Below are positions 13,116-24,881 of a stretch of DNA of 64,000 nt, piece by piece. How positions within the stretch are numbered: the stretch's first letter is position 1; every line of letters starts with the position of its first letter. The position numbers and the translations under genes were made by a program. A model generated the notes under the pieces. The model worked only from the letters and a program-made list of their open reading frames with translations, did no database searches and was not told the origin of the DNA. Source of the stretch: the human T2T-CHM13v2.0 reference genome, Homo sapiens; the NCBI GenBank assembly GCA_009914755.4, contig CP068257.2, forward strand, positions 27,424,001 through 27,488,000, in the 5' to 3' direction.

Positions 13116-13774
13116 CGTGGGGCCGCCTCACGCTCTTCCTGGCTCTCCAATTAGCCCACCCTTTCCCTGCCGCCAGGTCTGAAGCATCGCGAGAAGAGCA
13201 ACCTCTGTGGCCAGAACCAAGCTGACGATCCCCGATCGGGTCGATCGATAGGGCGGGCCCAGGGAGCCCCTCGGGTTTCTGGCTCACGCACGCGCAGACA
13301 GCCCAGGCCGTGAGAGGTTGCTCCAGTCTGTGCTCTCTGACCGTAGTCAGTAGTCACGGCGTTAGATTTTTGCGGTTTTTGATCTGGAAGCCACACATCC
13401 TTAGCTTAATTTCCACGTATCTTCCAGACCCAGCCACCAACATCAGGGCAGGTGTGCTTTTTTTTTCCCGAGGCAGAGCATCTGCCCCATCCCCCAAAAT
13501 TGTCTCTAGGCGTCCGCTCTGTGTTGGGCACCATAGGAAGCGCTGGGAATGCGCACGATAATTAAAGTCGTCACTAAGAGTAATGTAGTACACATCAAGT
13601 GCTCAAGTGTGCCATATTCTGTGTGATCTGCTTTACATGCAGTATCTCTGTTAATGGTCAGTCTTAAAAATTAATGAATTGTCGGTTAAAATACCATTTA
13701 GTTTTCCTTCCATAAAATGGAGACGATACCATTAAAAATTAAAAATTAAATGGTACTGTCTCTATTTTGTAGAA

Positions 13775-13905
13775 GGGAAACTGAAGTTCACAAACTGTAA
13801 ATAATTTTCCCAAGATCACAGAGCTAGTAAATATTAAAGCTAGAATTCCTATCTAGATCAGACTTATTGCAAAATGCCGGTTCTTAACCACTATCTATAT
13901 TCCTC
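13775..13905 (-). mobile_element. MIR fragment
   Basis: ..gatcacagagctagtaaat..ccggttcttaaccactatct resembles rc-MIR (cacagctagtaagtggcagagc...gtgctcttaaccactat). Confidence 0.45.
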
Positions 13906-13949
13906 TTTTCTACTTCTTCCTGGGAATATAAATCCCTTTTACTCTTTTA

Positions 13950-14056
13950 AGATCAGATATAAATACATATTTATTTATCTGATTTATATATATAATATAC
14001 ACATTTTATATAAATATATCTGATTTATATATGAATTTATAGATAAATATAAATCC
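13950..14056. repeat. AT-rich simple / low-complexity repeat
   Basis: Reiterated atatata / tttatat / gatttatata units. Confidence 0.8.
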
Positions 14057-14060
14057 CTTT

Positions 14061-14215
14061 GGCTTGGTGGCATGCACCTGTAGTCTCAGCTGCTTGGGAG
14101 GCTAAGGTTGGAGGATCTGCTTGAGCCTGGGAGGTTGAGGCAGCAGTGAGCTGAGATCATGCCACTGCACTCCAGCCTGGGCAAGAGTGAGGCCCTGTCT
14201 CAAAAAAAAAAAAAA
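14061..14215 (+). mobile_element. Alu right-monomer fragment with poly-A
   Basis: ggcttggtggcatgcacctgtagtc...gcactccagcctgggcaagagtgaggccctgtctcaaaaaaaaaaaaaa. Confidence 0.85.
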
Positions 14216-14596
14216 ATTGCAAAAATGTAAATGCCACTGATATGGTTTGGATTTTTGCAAAAATGTAAATGCCACTGATATGTTTGAATTGCCTGCCCAA
14301 ATATGATGTGGAATTATAATCCCCAGCTGTTCTTGTGATAGTGAGTGACTTCTCATAAGACCTGGTTGTTTAAAAGTGTGTGGCACCTCCCCACTCTGTC
14401 TCTTCCTCCTCCTCCAGCCTTGTAGGATGTGTCTGCTTCCCCTTCACCTTCCACCTTGATTGTCAGCTTCCTGAGGCTTCCCCAGCCATGCTTCCTGTAC
14501 CGCCTGTGGAACTGTGAGCCAATTAAACCTCTTTTCTTTATAAATTACCCAGTCTCAGGTAGTTCTTTATAGCGATTCGAGAACGGACTAATACAG
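14216..14596 (+). mobile_element. MaLR-type LTR (THE1/MST-like) solo LTR. The 5' end has a 28-bp tandem duplication (14216-14243 / 14254-14281)
   Basis: tgatatggtttgg...ccccagccatg...ctgtggaactgtgagccaattaaacctcttttctttataaattacccagtctcaggtagttctttatagc...ggactaatacag. This is a characteristic MaLR LTR terminus. Confidence 0.6.
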
Positions 14597-15489
14597 CCAC
14601 CCTTTTCATTCTTGGAAAATAGAGATATTTTAAATAAAAACATACATATTATCATGTGATAGGATTATTATTTTTTAAATAACGTTAAAAATTTATCAGT
14701 TTTAATTTCTAATATAGCAAATATTCATACCTATAACCCACATAAACAAAAGACCTTTGGGGAAGTTAATTTTTAAGAGTCTAAAGGTGTTCTGAGACTG
14801 ATACGTTAGAGAACTACTGTAATGATCAGTCCCGAACAACAGAACAATCCAAGATTTTTCCTGGATTAGCTAAGAAATAAACAAAAGCACATTCCTCTGA
14901 CTCAGAGATAATATTACTTATAAAAATAGCTAACACAAAATAAAATTGAAATAAAACTGAAAGGAGCTAAAATGACACCTGATTAACATATTAATATATA
15001 TTAATCTATATTTAAAGTGACTTTGAGGCCTAGGTTCTGGTCCTTGTCTCACTGGTATCTTCTCCATTTGGCATTAATGTCTTGTATTCTGGCCCCAGTA
15101 CCTGGAATAGTTCGTGCTGTCTGCTTTACCACTTCTGCCTCAGGGTCTTTGCCTCTGCTGTTCTTCCTACCTAAAATGCTCTTCTATTCCCTTATGGCTG
15201 AATTAATTCTACCTCAGTATGCAGACACTTTCATTAGAAAGTCTTTGATGACTCCCAAGACATTCCCTGTTTGTCATTCTCATAGCTTCTGTGTTTCTCC
15301 TTCATAGCACTTACCACAGTTGTAATGACAGAATTATTTGTCATCTTTCTCCACCAGCAGGTAGGTGGTGAATCACCAGCACTTATACTGTAATTGGACA
15401 ATGCACGGAGTAAGGAGTCAATAAATCATCATCAAATGAACTACTGGGTGACCAAATGGATATCCAGAAGAGGAGATCGAAGAATTAAG

Positions 15490-15832
15490 GTGCTGTGGTC
15501 TCAATGTTTGTGTCCCTCCAAAATTCATGTTAAAATCTTAGGCCCTGAAGTGATGGTATTACGTAGGGCCTTTTGGGAGATGATTAGTTCATTAGGTCTC
15601 CACCCTTATAAAAGATTAGCGCTCTTATGAAAGAGGCCCAGGGGAGCTTATTTGCCTTTCCACCATGTGCTGACACAGCTAGAAGGTACTATCTATGAAC
15701 CAGGAAGCAGGCCCTCACCAGACACTGTATCTGCTAGCACCTTGATCTCGGACTTCCAGCCTCACGAACTGTGAGTAACACATTTCTACCGTTTCTAAGC
15801 CACCCAGTTTGTAGTATTTTGTTATAGTGTGT
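15490..15832 (+). mobile_element. MaLR-like LTR fragment (MLT/MST-type), interrupted at its 3' end by the LTR12 insertion
   Basis: ..tgtccctccaaaattcatgttaaaatc...ccaccatgtg..gacacagc.agaagg..ccatctatgaaccaggaagcaggccctcaccagacac...ccttgatctcggacttccagcctc..gaactgtgag...gccacccagtttgtagtattttgttatag. Confidence 0.55.
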
Positions 15833-17280
15833 CTGGAATTGGTGGGTTCTTGGTCTGACTGACTTCAAGAATGAAGCCGTGGACCCTCGTGGTGAGTGTT
15901 ACAGTTCTTAAAGGCGGCGTGTCCGGAGTGTGTTCCTTCTGATATTCGGATGTGTTCGGAGTTTCTTCCTTCTGGCAGGCTCGTGGTCTCGCTGGCTCAG
16001 GAGTGAAGCTGCGAACCTTCGCAGTGAGTGTTACAGCTCTTAAGGCACGTCTGGAGTTGTTTGTTCCTCCCAGTGGGTTTGTGGTCTCGCTGGCTTCAGG
16101 AGTGAAGCTGCAGACCTTTGCAGTGAGTGTTACAGCTCATAAAGGCAGTGAGGACCCAAAGAGTGAGCAGCAGCAGGATTTATTGCAAAGAAAAAAAAAG
16201 CTCCCACAGTGTGGAAGGGGACCCAATCGGGTTGCCACTGCTGGCTCTGGCAGCCTGCTTTCATTCTCTTATCTGGCCCCGCCCACATCCTGCTGATTGG
16301 TAGAGCCCAGTGGTCTGTTTTGACAGGGCGCTGATTGGTGTGTTTACAATCCCTGAGCTAGACACACAGGTTCTCCATGTCTCCACCAGAGTAGCTAGAT
16401 ACGGAGTGTCGATTGGTGCATTCACAAACCCTGAGCTAGACACAGGGTGCTGATTGATGTGTTTACAAACCTTGAGCTAGATACAGAGTGCCGATTGGTG
16501 TATTTACAATCCCTTAGCTAGACGTAAAGGTTCTCCACGTCCCCACCAGACTCAGGAGCCCAGCTGGCTTCACCCAGTGGATCACGCACTAGGGCTACAG
16601 GTGGAGCTGCTTGCCAGTCCGCCGCCGTGAGCCCACACTCCTCAGCCCTTGGGTGGTTGATGGGACTGGGCGCTGTGGAGCAGCGGGCGGCGCTCGTCGC
16701 GGAGGCTCGGGCATGGCGGGCTGCAGGTCCCTAGCCCTGCCCTGCAGGAAGACAGCTAAGGCCAGGCGAGAAATTGAGCACGGCAGCTGCTGGCCCAGGT
16801 GCTAAGCCCCTCAACTGCCCGGGGCCGGTGGGGCCGGCAGGCGGCTCCGAGTTGCGAGGTCCGCGGGGCCCACGCCCACCCGGAACTCACGCTGGCCCGC
16901 AAGCACCGCGCGCAGCCCCGGTTCCTGCCCGCACCTCTCCCTCCACACCTCCCCGCAAGCTGAGGGAGCCGGCTCCGGCCTCGGCCAGCCCAGGAAGGCG
17001 CTCCCACAGCGCAGTGGTGGGCTGAAGGGCTCCTCAAGTGCCGCCAAAGTGGGAGCCCAGGCAGAGGAGGCGCCGAGAGCGAGGGAGGGCTGTGAGGACT
17101 GCCAGCACGCTGTCACCTCTCAATAGCAGCCCAAACAGATTAAGACATGGGAGGTATGGTCTCTATTCTTACCATCCAGACGTATGTGAAGTAAAACCAG
17201 AGAACAACACAAAGCAATCAAGAGGGTTTTTGCGCAGAGTTTGCAAAACGCCAAGGAGACTGTAGGTTTCTGTTATAGTG
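15832..17280 (+). mobile_element. LTR12 (ERV9 family) solo LTR. U3 has ~40-bp tandem enhancer repeats (16320-16560) with multiple ATTGG/CCAAT boxes, followed by a GC-rich promoter core (16560-17110)
   Basis: tctcgctggcttcaggagtgaagctgcagaccttcgcagtgagtgttacagctcataaaggcagtg...gcagcctgctttcattctcttatctggccccgcccacatcctgctgattggtagagc...repeated gctgattggtg[tc]atttacaa[at]ccctgagctagacacagagtg units...ccccaccagactcaggagcccagctggcttcacccagtggatc...gcgagaaattgagcacggcagctgctggcccaggtgctaagcccctcaactgcccggggccggtggggccgg. This matches my memory of the LTR12 consensus. Confidence 0.75.
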
Positions 17281-17899
17281 ATTCAAAAGCCTGGGATCCT
17301 CATGTTAGGTGCTGCCTGAAAACATGGCCTCCAGCCTCCAGGAGAGCTAAAAGCCGTGAGGATTGGGGGTTGGGGATGTCTGAGCCATCTTAGGATTCTG
17401 ATAAGGACTCAGTTCACTATTTGTTTCTAGTTACTTTGTTTCTGTTTTTTTCATTTTTTGTTTGTGTTAAAGTTTTAACCCCTGTACGTCAGAATTGTTT
17501 AATGTTTTTGGCTTGTCTATGTGTTTTGATTTTTTTTGTATTATTATTTAATTTTCCCAATTCCCATTAAATCCTTAACCTCCTGACTTTTCTTTTTCTG
17601 CCTCCATTTGTATTGTTTATTTCATGTTACTATATCATCTTATGTTTCAGTATTTTTCTGTTGAATTTTAATTCTTTTGTTTGGCTTTGGAGTCTGACTC
17701 ATTTTGTGTTGGCTCATTATTTTGCTTCAGGATATTTTTGTTGTTGTTAAAATCTTTTAATATTCCTTTATAAATTTAAATTTTTTTCTCTTTTAATCGA
17801 ATTTATTTGGGCTTAAGAGGGCACAATAATTTATACCCTTATTCACTTTCTGAGTTTGGAAACAACCAAGAAAATAGAGGGGTCAGGAGGCTGGAATTC

Positions 17900-19500
17900 A
17901 GAGTCTCTCTGGACTACAGAGAACGTGGCTTAGGGTGAAAGCACAGGCATGCTGGGCATCATTGCTGCTTTGCACTGATCAGAGAAGGAGAGACTTTAAA
18001 TGGGTTAACTCCATGCAATCAAGAAAGGTAGCCCCATGTCAATCCCTTACCAGTGAGGTAACTTCCAATGTGGGTCAGAAGGAGTGGATTGAGAGGCCGA
18101 GAACTGGGGGTAACCAAAAGAGTAAGACTAAACAATACTCTCCTCTCAATATAATTGTTACTTTTGTTCATCTCCCTGTAAACCTCCCTCCCACTCTTCT
18201 GCCTTTTATCTATGGAGTGGGGATGAGGTTGAGGGGAGACTCGGCCTACGACTACCATGTTGGTCCCACAGCTCCACTTAGTTTCTGTCAAGCACACATG
18301 AGACAAGGCATGGCTAAGGTAAAGTCCTGACTGATTCGACTGGTAAAGATGCAAGGACACTTTTTTAGAATCAGACCGTTTATTCATTACATAGATGACA
18401 AAAGGAAGACTAGCCAAATGTGCCAACTCCTTGAGGTCATTGTTCTGCTCATCAAAAAGAATGACACTGAAACCAAAGGGACTTGGAGATTGCAATGCGA
18501 GTTGGGTAATGCAGCTCGGTGGTTTTGTGTTCTGCCACTCTATTAAGAGAGGGTGAAGCAGGAAGACCCACGTCTCATCAGAACACTGGAGGTGATGAGA
18601 AACTGCTTCATGACAGCTTCCCAGGTGAGATCAGGAGGTGAAAGGAAGATGGCCTTGGAGAAGCTCTTTGCAGGTCTCCATCTTCTCGTGTTCCAGGTGG
18701 ATCACAAGGCATTTGGCCAAGACTCAGGCCACAGGAGAAGCAGTGCCAAGAGACAGGAAGGAAGTGGCTCTGCCCTGGTGTATCCACAAAGGGCATGCAG
18801 GCAAAGGCCCATGCTAATCTGAGTCTTGGCCAAATGCCAAGCTCTTTCTTAGCTTTGGCTTGCTTCCTTTTCTCTATGGGTCTCTCAGCTTCCCCATACT
18901 GTCTCACCACTCCCCCCAGAAAGGTCTCTACGTGTTTCATATTCAAACATCCCAAGAGGGAGCATCTGATTGGTTCAGTTTATTGCTTTGCCACAAAAAG
19001 CCCCCAGGTTCTGCTAAATTTTCAGAAAATACAAGTTTCCATGGCTGCTTTGGCCTAAGCAAGAATTGGTGGTGCACTCAATGGCAAACGAGGGCCAGGG
19101 TCATGTGAGTCATCTGTAACCTTGGTGTGAGAATGCTCTGTGGCTGTTTTGTTCCAAAGTGGGCTCTGTGTGTGGCCTACATTCAGAGTTTCAAGAATAG
19201 TCCAATCAATCTACTTGAGGCTGTACTGGAGTGAGTAGCTCCCTTAAAGTCTCTCCAGGTTAGGGCAAAGTCACAAGAAATGAAATGTATTATAATCACT
19301 CCCTGCTTATTACCATTCTAAGAGGGAAGATCTTGAACTGGATGAAAGTGATTGATTCTTTTCTTAGTTTAAATGTTGGTTTAGTTGTCCCGGTGTCTTT
19401 TGTGCCTAGGTGTGATTGAGCTGGTTAGATTAATGGGAACGAGAAGGGTGAAATGGAATGAGATGCATTTAAATCCTATTGGTGATACCTTAGATATCTA
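17900..19500. other. Unique/low-copy non-coding sequence of unknown nature, downstream of LTR12 (possibly a degraded old repeat). Contains a 158-aa ORF at 18019-18495(-) with no recognisable homology
   Basis: No Alu/LTR consensus recognised. The ORF has no familiar motifs, and its codon usage and composition are unremarkable. Confidence 0.2.
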
Positions 19501-20707
19501 GAGATGAAATCTTTATTTCAGGTGACTTGAGAGAGAAGGTTCTCTTGAGCCTTTATGAATCAACTGTTGATGAACTAAAACTGTGTTTATCAGTCTCTCT
19601 TTCAGCAAAGATAGAAGTTACTGTCATAGTTCCCCTGATCAGTGTGCTAGACTGGCACACATGGGGTCTTCTACTGCAAGGCTGGGAAGCAGAAACTGTG
19701 TTTCTTGGATTCTGTTGCAGTTATGGCTGTGGGTACAAATAAGCCTCCACCAATTAGATACTTTCATGTGAGGATTGGAAGGTGGTAGGAAAACAAAGCC
19801 TATTTTCATGCTGTTTTGGCATTTCTGCCATAAGCCCCTAAGGCTGCCGTGGTTTAAACCAGAATTCCTGATGCACTCATGGGTGTCCAGGGGCCAGGGT
19901 CTTTTGTAACCTTAGTGTAGGGAATGTGATGAGATGATGCATTTTTGGCACCTCTTTGCCAAAGATAACACCTTGCTCTCCGTGCTTACAGATGTACAAG
20001 GGCAGCCGTGGGGCTGGCAACAGCTTCGTAATCCTGGCTTCCTGCTTTCTGGGTCAAAGCCCTGGTGGTGTGTTCTTGATATCGGTCCATCTAGTGGCGT
20101 TGTTTGATTCCTCCCACCTTGCTGATCATTCGTAGTGTAGCCCCCAAGGTGAGTCATTCTGTTACATCTGGGACCTATTCCCAGAAGCCCATTTTAGAGC
20201 TTGCTTCTCTAGCCCATCAAGAATTTTTGAAGGATCTGATTCCTGTATTAAAGCCCTTCTGCTTGAGTGGTTTTTGTTTCCTGCATGCTGTATGACATAA
20301 TTCCTGTGTTTATGATTGTTACAAAGCTAAAAACAGCCATGGCCAGGCTTGTGAGCTCACATCAGAAATGAAATTCAGAAGTCATTCAGAATCTTACCAA
20401 ATCCAGTTTTTACTCTTGATTTAAAAATATTTTACTTTTTAAAATTAATTATTGTGGCTCGCCCAGACTTGGCAGTTAGAATTGAATATCAGGAAAGGTT
20501 TTAAGACAAACCTGACGAAGAAAGTTGAAGTAGTCACAGTATCTAGAAATACAAGAGGGCCTCTTTTCTCAGGCTTATATTTTGAGATAAATTTCCTCTC
20601 CTTAGTACATGCAGGGAACATTTCATTTCATAGTTTTGCTGATTAAAAAGGCCAAATTATATAAATTACCTGGAGGAGGTTTTCTGCTATTAAAATTGTT
20701 TATGGTC

Positions 20708-21103
<396 letters not shown>

Positions 21104-21704
21104 TTACTCTTTCTTTTATTATGAATTCATCAGTTTACTGGTTATTCTTTTTTATATTTTAGCCAGTTTCCCACCACAGATTGCAAGTTTGGGTTCCTCA
21201 GACCATTGTTCTATGCAAGAAGCAGGCTTTTGGCAAGTTTCTTCCACATCAAATTACTTTTCCTTCTGTATATTTTATGCAGAAATCTTTCAATAACAAG
21301 ATAAGATTGTTTGCAGCTTTTACTGATCTTTACTCAATATTTGATTCTGTGCATAGGAACCAGTTGTAGGCGAGCCTGCTTACGTACAATATTGAACCCA
21401 GTCCTGATTCTTATGTAGAATTTGCATCTTAACACCAGTGCAAAGACCTGGGTTTGATAAGTTAAATGGTTATTTCAAAATGAATAAAACAGGGATGTTT
21501 TGACTACTTTGTTTCTTTTTGTTTTATAATATAATATTACTTTTGGATGAGCTAACTGAATCTGTCCCTCTTTCCACTGAGAGTAAAAGTAATAAGTATT
21601 CTCTACTAATATTATTAAGTTCATAGATGACTCTAGCAGCTCTTGGTCCTATTTCCTAATATTATGTAAAGAAATGGCTTAAGTTCAGGCACTGCATTAG
21701 TTAG

Positions 21705-22270
21705 CGATTGTTGTGTAACAAACCACTCCAAATCTCAGTGGCTTAAAACAACAGCTACTTCTTATTTCTCACAAAATAATTTCTCACAAAAAATTTCTAA
21801 ATTTTTTGTATGCCTAGGACTGGTTGGGTGGTTTGGCTGATCTGACCAAGCTTTACTGTATTAGGCAGGGATTGTTTATGTATCTGCAGTCAGCTGGTGG
21901 GTGGGCTTGGGGTTGGGGAACAGTGTTGGCAGGCTTGGAGGTCTCAGCTGGAACAATTCAGCTGTGCATCACATGGTCTCAGCCTCTAGTAGGTTACCTG
22001 GGCTTGCTCTCATGAAAGTAGAGGGTGCCAAGGGAGCAAGCAGCAATGTGTAAGCACCTTGTTAAATTTGCTACTAGCCCATTGGCTGAAGTAGGTTATG
22101 TGGCCACACCCAGGATCAGTGTGGCAGGGCAGTATCAAAGGCTGTAGATACATGGAGGCACGTAAGTTGAGGACAATAGTGCAGTCAATCTACCACGGCC
22201 ACTCTAAAACCCCAGTCCCTGCTTTTGGCAAGAGTTTTCCACCATTCATTTACTTGGTGTTCAACAACTT
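21705..22270 (+). mobile_element. MaLR LTR, MLT1-like
   Basis: tgtgtaacaaaccactccaaatctcagtggcttaaaacaacagc...ccattggctgaagtaggttatgtggccacacccaggatcagtgtggcagggcagtatcaaagg. Resembles the MLT1 consensus (tgtgtaacaaa..acttagtggcttaaaacaaca). Confidence 0.5.
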
Positions 22271-23267
22271 CATTCAACAAGTTTCTTAAGAAAATACTGG
22301 GATCAATTTACCTTGCAGGATTCACTAGAAAGCAATATTACTTAAATTAAGGTGTCATTTTGATGTTTCACTGAGCTTTTTTTTTTTCTTGAGCCACCAC
22401 AGCAGGTGACTATTAATATCTGTATTGAAAAAACTCTAGCTAAACATTAGTGTCATCATTCTTCGTGTCACAGAGCATTGGTGTCTTACTTTCCCATTTA
22501 ATTATATTTTGAAATGAATTCAGAAATATTTGGAGGGCATGATATTGGTCCTTTCTAAAGGTACTTGGGTGTTTTGCCTTGGGCAATTCCTCAATTTTCT
22601 TGGCCTTACTCTATTACACAGAAATCTGCCCCCTGGACTCCAATTTGAGAAGATAATTTCTAACCATTCCTTATCCAATCCTTATCAAATGCCTAATTGC
22701 AAAAATTTATGTTTGAGCAAAATTCCCTCAATGCCGTGCAGCACATTCCCATTTAGATAATTAATTTTGCCCTCGGATGAAGCCAGACCATTAAAGTTTT
22801 AGTCCTTTGGAGGACTGAGTTTGATAAATTGCATTTTGGTATCATGCCATTGTCTTATAATAAGGAAAATTAAAAGGAATGGCCAACTATCATAGACTGT
22901 TATCTCTACTCGATGCCTGTTTTTGATGGATGTCAATCATTTCATTGCATGGTATCCTTTTTATATGACCTGTGGGAAAAATTTATCTCAGCATTCAACC
23001 ATGGTTTTTATTTTATGGCCGCTATGAATCTTCCAGTGTTTTTGTTTCTCTCTTTAACTGCTGGAAACTTAGAGCCAAATGTGTAGCCCATCTCTACCAA
23101 CTCTACAGGGCTCTGGTGCAACATTTCTGTCTACCACTCTTAACATTTGGTTTTACTATTTTCCTGATTGTTCTTTCTTTTTTGCTCAGACTATCTCAAC
23201 TTAAAAAAATCCTTAGTGATTTTATTTGTTTTTGTAAGCCACATAAAGTTCTTTATGGAATCAGCTG

Positions 23268-23520
23268 GGATGTGTGTGTGTGTGTATATATGTGTGTGTG
23301 TGTGTATGTAATATATATAATATTACCTCTCTTGTTTATGTAATATATATATCTCTGTTTTACTAATTCTGAAATAATCATTTAATATTATAATATATAA
23401 TATATATAATTGTATATAACATATGTATACACACATGTATATGTATATATTTTATGACATATATGTAATATAATTATATATAATATTATATGTATATATA
23501 CATGTATAATATGTATATAT
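23268..23520. repeat. Compound (TG)n/(TA)n/(TATG)n microsatellite region
   Basis: tgtgtgtgtgtgtatatatgtgtgtgtgtgtgtatgtaatatatataat...tatgtatatatacatgtataatatgtatatat. Confidence 0.9.
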
Positions 23521-24881
23521 TTTTTTTTCCAAAATTGCTAGTTTATGAATTCACAGATGGTTTGGGGTTGATTAAAGGGATTAGCAATTTCACTTTAGAA
23601 TAATTTTGTTTTTTACTTAGAAGGAAGAATTTATAATTTGTGGCTTAAACTAGAAACACTACCACATCATAAGTAGCACAACACTAAAGCATAAAAAGCA
23701 ATCTTGAGACCTTCTTACATTACTATATATAGATTCTATTAAAAACAATAATGGGAACTAGAGGGTCATTGTAGAATATTTTTTCTTAAGGTCTACACAC
23801 TAATTGATTCATGTAAGATGGTCCCTGATTTCTTTTAGGTACTTAGCCCATGAGCCAGTACTTATTTTTGTAGTTGGATTAGTAACGATGCTTGATGGTT
23901 CAAATGCTTATCAGCCATCATCATTCTCACTTGCCCTGTTCTTAATGTTTTGGCTATTTTTATTACAATGATTTCCTCTGGGATTTTCATTAGGGTCAGT
24001 CATTAGCCTCAGGGGAATAAAATCAAGGGAGGATCTATGTGTCTATTTATGTAGCAGTCTGCTAGAGCAATTACATTTTCTCATTGCTATTTGATTAGAC
24101 TATTTTCTTTCTTACCAGATATTCACTCCTCTGACTCTATGCCAAATGCACCATCGAGGTGAAAGTTAAATCACATCAGGAATCTCAATGAAGAAGGAGG
24201 GTAATGGTTACCAAAAATCCTTCCAAAAGATCTTTTCATTCCCTGACATCATCACACAGTGATTTTTGATAACTTAGGCAAATATAGTCTAAACGCAATT
24301 AGAAATTAACTTTCTGAGATGAGTAAGAAAGTTTATTTAGGAAATGCAAGTGAGAAACAAGAAGTAGAAGAGAATATGTTTGGGAAATGTAATAATGCAC
24401 AGTGACTTATCTCAAGATGATTCTCAGACTTTGCCAAAAATTCACAAAGGAAAAAAAAAGTCAGCAAGGAAAATGCCTGTCTCTAAGCCCATATTTTCTC
24501 TCATTTGAGGTGTGGAATAACCCTTAAGCCCTTACCGGGGTCCTTCTGGACTGAGAATTGTTGTAAAGTAATACTGCTCAGGTTCGTAAGTTTTATAATC
24601 TTCTCACACAGAGCAAATGAGAATGGGGTGGGAATGTGCAAGGCAAGAGCAGTCAAACCTGCCAGTAGTAGCAAAAGTGACAGCTAGACCAACAAGGGCT
24701 TGACATGCTTCAAGGAGACTTGCTCACCAGAACTTGAGAAACATAATTGAGGCTTTTAGGTGAAACCATTGCATTGCACGTAGCCGTGTATTATGCTTAA
24801 AGTGATCATTGGCTATGAATAAACAAAATAAAGATCCCTGCACCTTATTTAAGTGGTCATTGGACATAAAAAGTGCATTTA

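Larger units (their letters stand above)
12560..13600 (-). promoter_or_regulatory. CCT8: CpG island / TATA-less promoter of CCT8 (possibly bidirectional). CCAAT box at 13147-13151 (inverted relative to gene, ~120 nt upstream of ATG); GC box gggcggg at 13252-13258
   Basis: High CpG density (many cgcg/ccgcgg motifs) spans exon 1. A CCAAT motif and an Sp1-like GC box are visible, and no TATA box is seen. Confidence 0.7.

Noticed and set aside
12683-13225. 180-aa ORF on the + strand (and overlapping 106/85-aa ORFs) in the GC-rich promoter region
   Set aside because: It is antisense to confirmed CCT8 exon 1 and lies within the CpG island. High GC content suppresses stop codons. The translation is low-complexity (P/R/S/A-rich) with no recognisable domain.
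13260-13560. Possible first exon of a divergent plus-strand transcript
   Set aside because: Not rejected as a hypothesis (see findings), but not reported as a feature. I cannot pick an unambiguous TSS or splice donor from sequence alone.
16320-16560. Regularly spaced ~40-bp direct repeats that superficially resemble a CRISPR-like array
   Set aside because: They are the well-known U3 enhancer tandem repeats of ERV9/LTR12. The repeats are contiguous with no unique spacers, and the context is a eukaryotic genome where CRISPR does not occur.
16611-17265. Several 64-101-aa ORFs on both strands in the 16.6-17.3 kb region
   Set aside because: They lie inside the GC-rich core of the LTR12 element. 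They are Arg/Pro/Gly/Ala-rich and overlap on both strands, which is a typical GC-content artefact.
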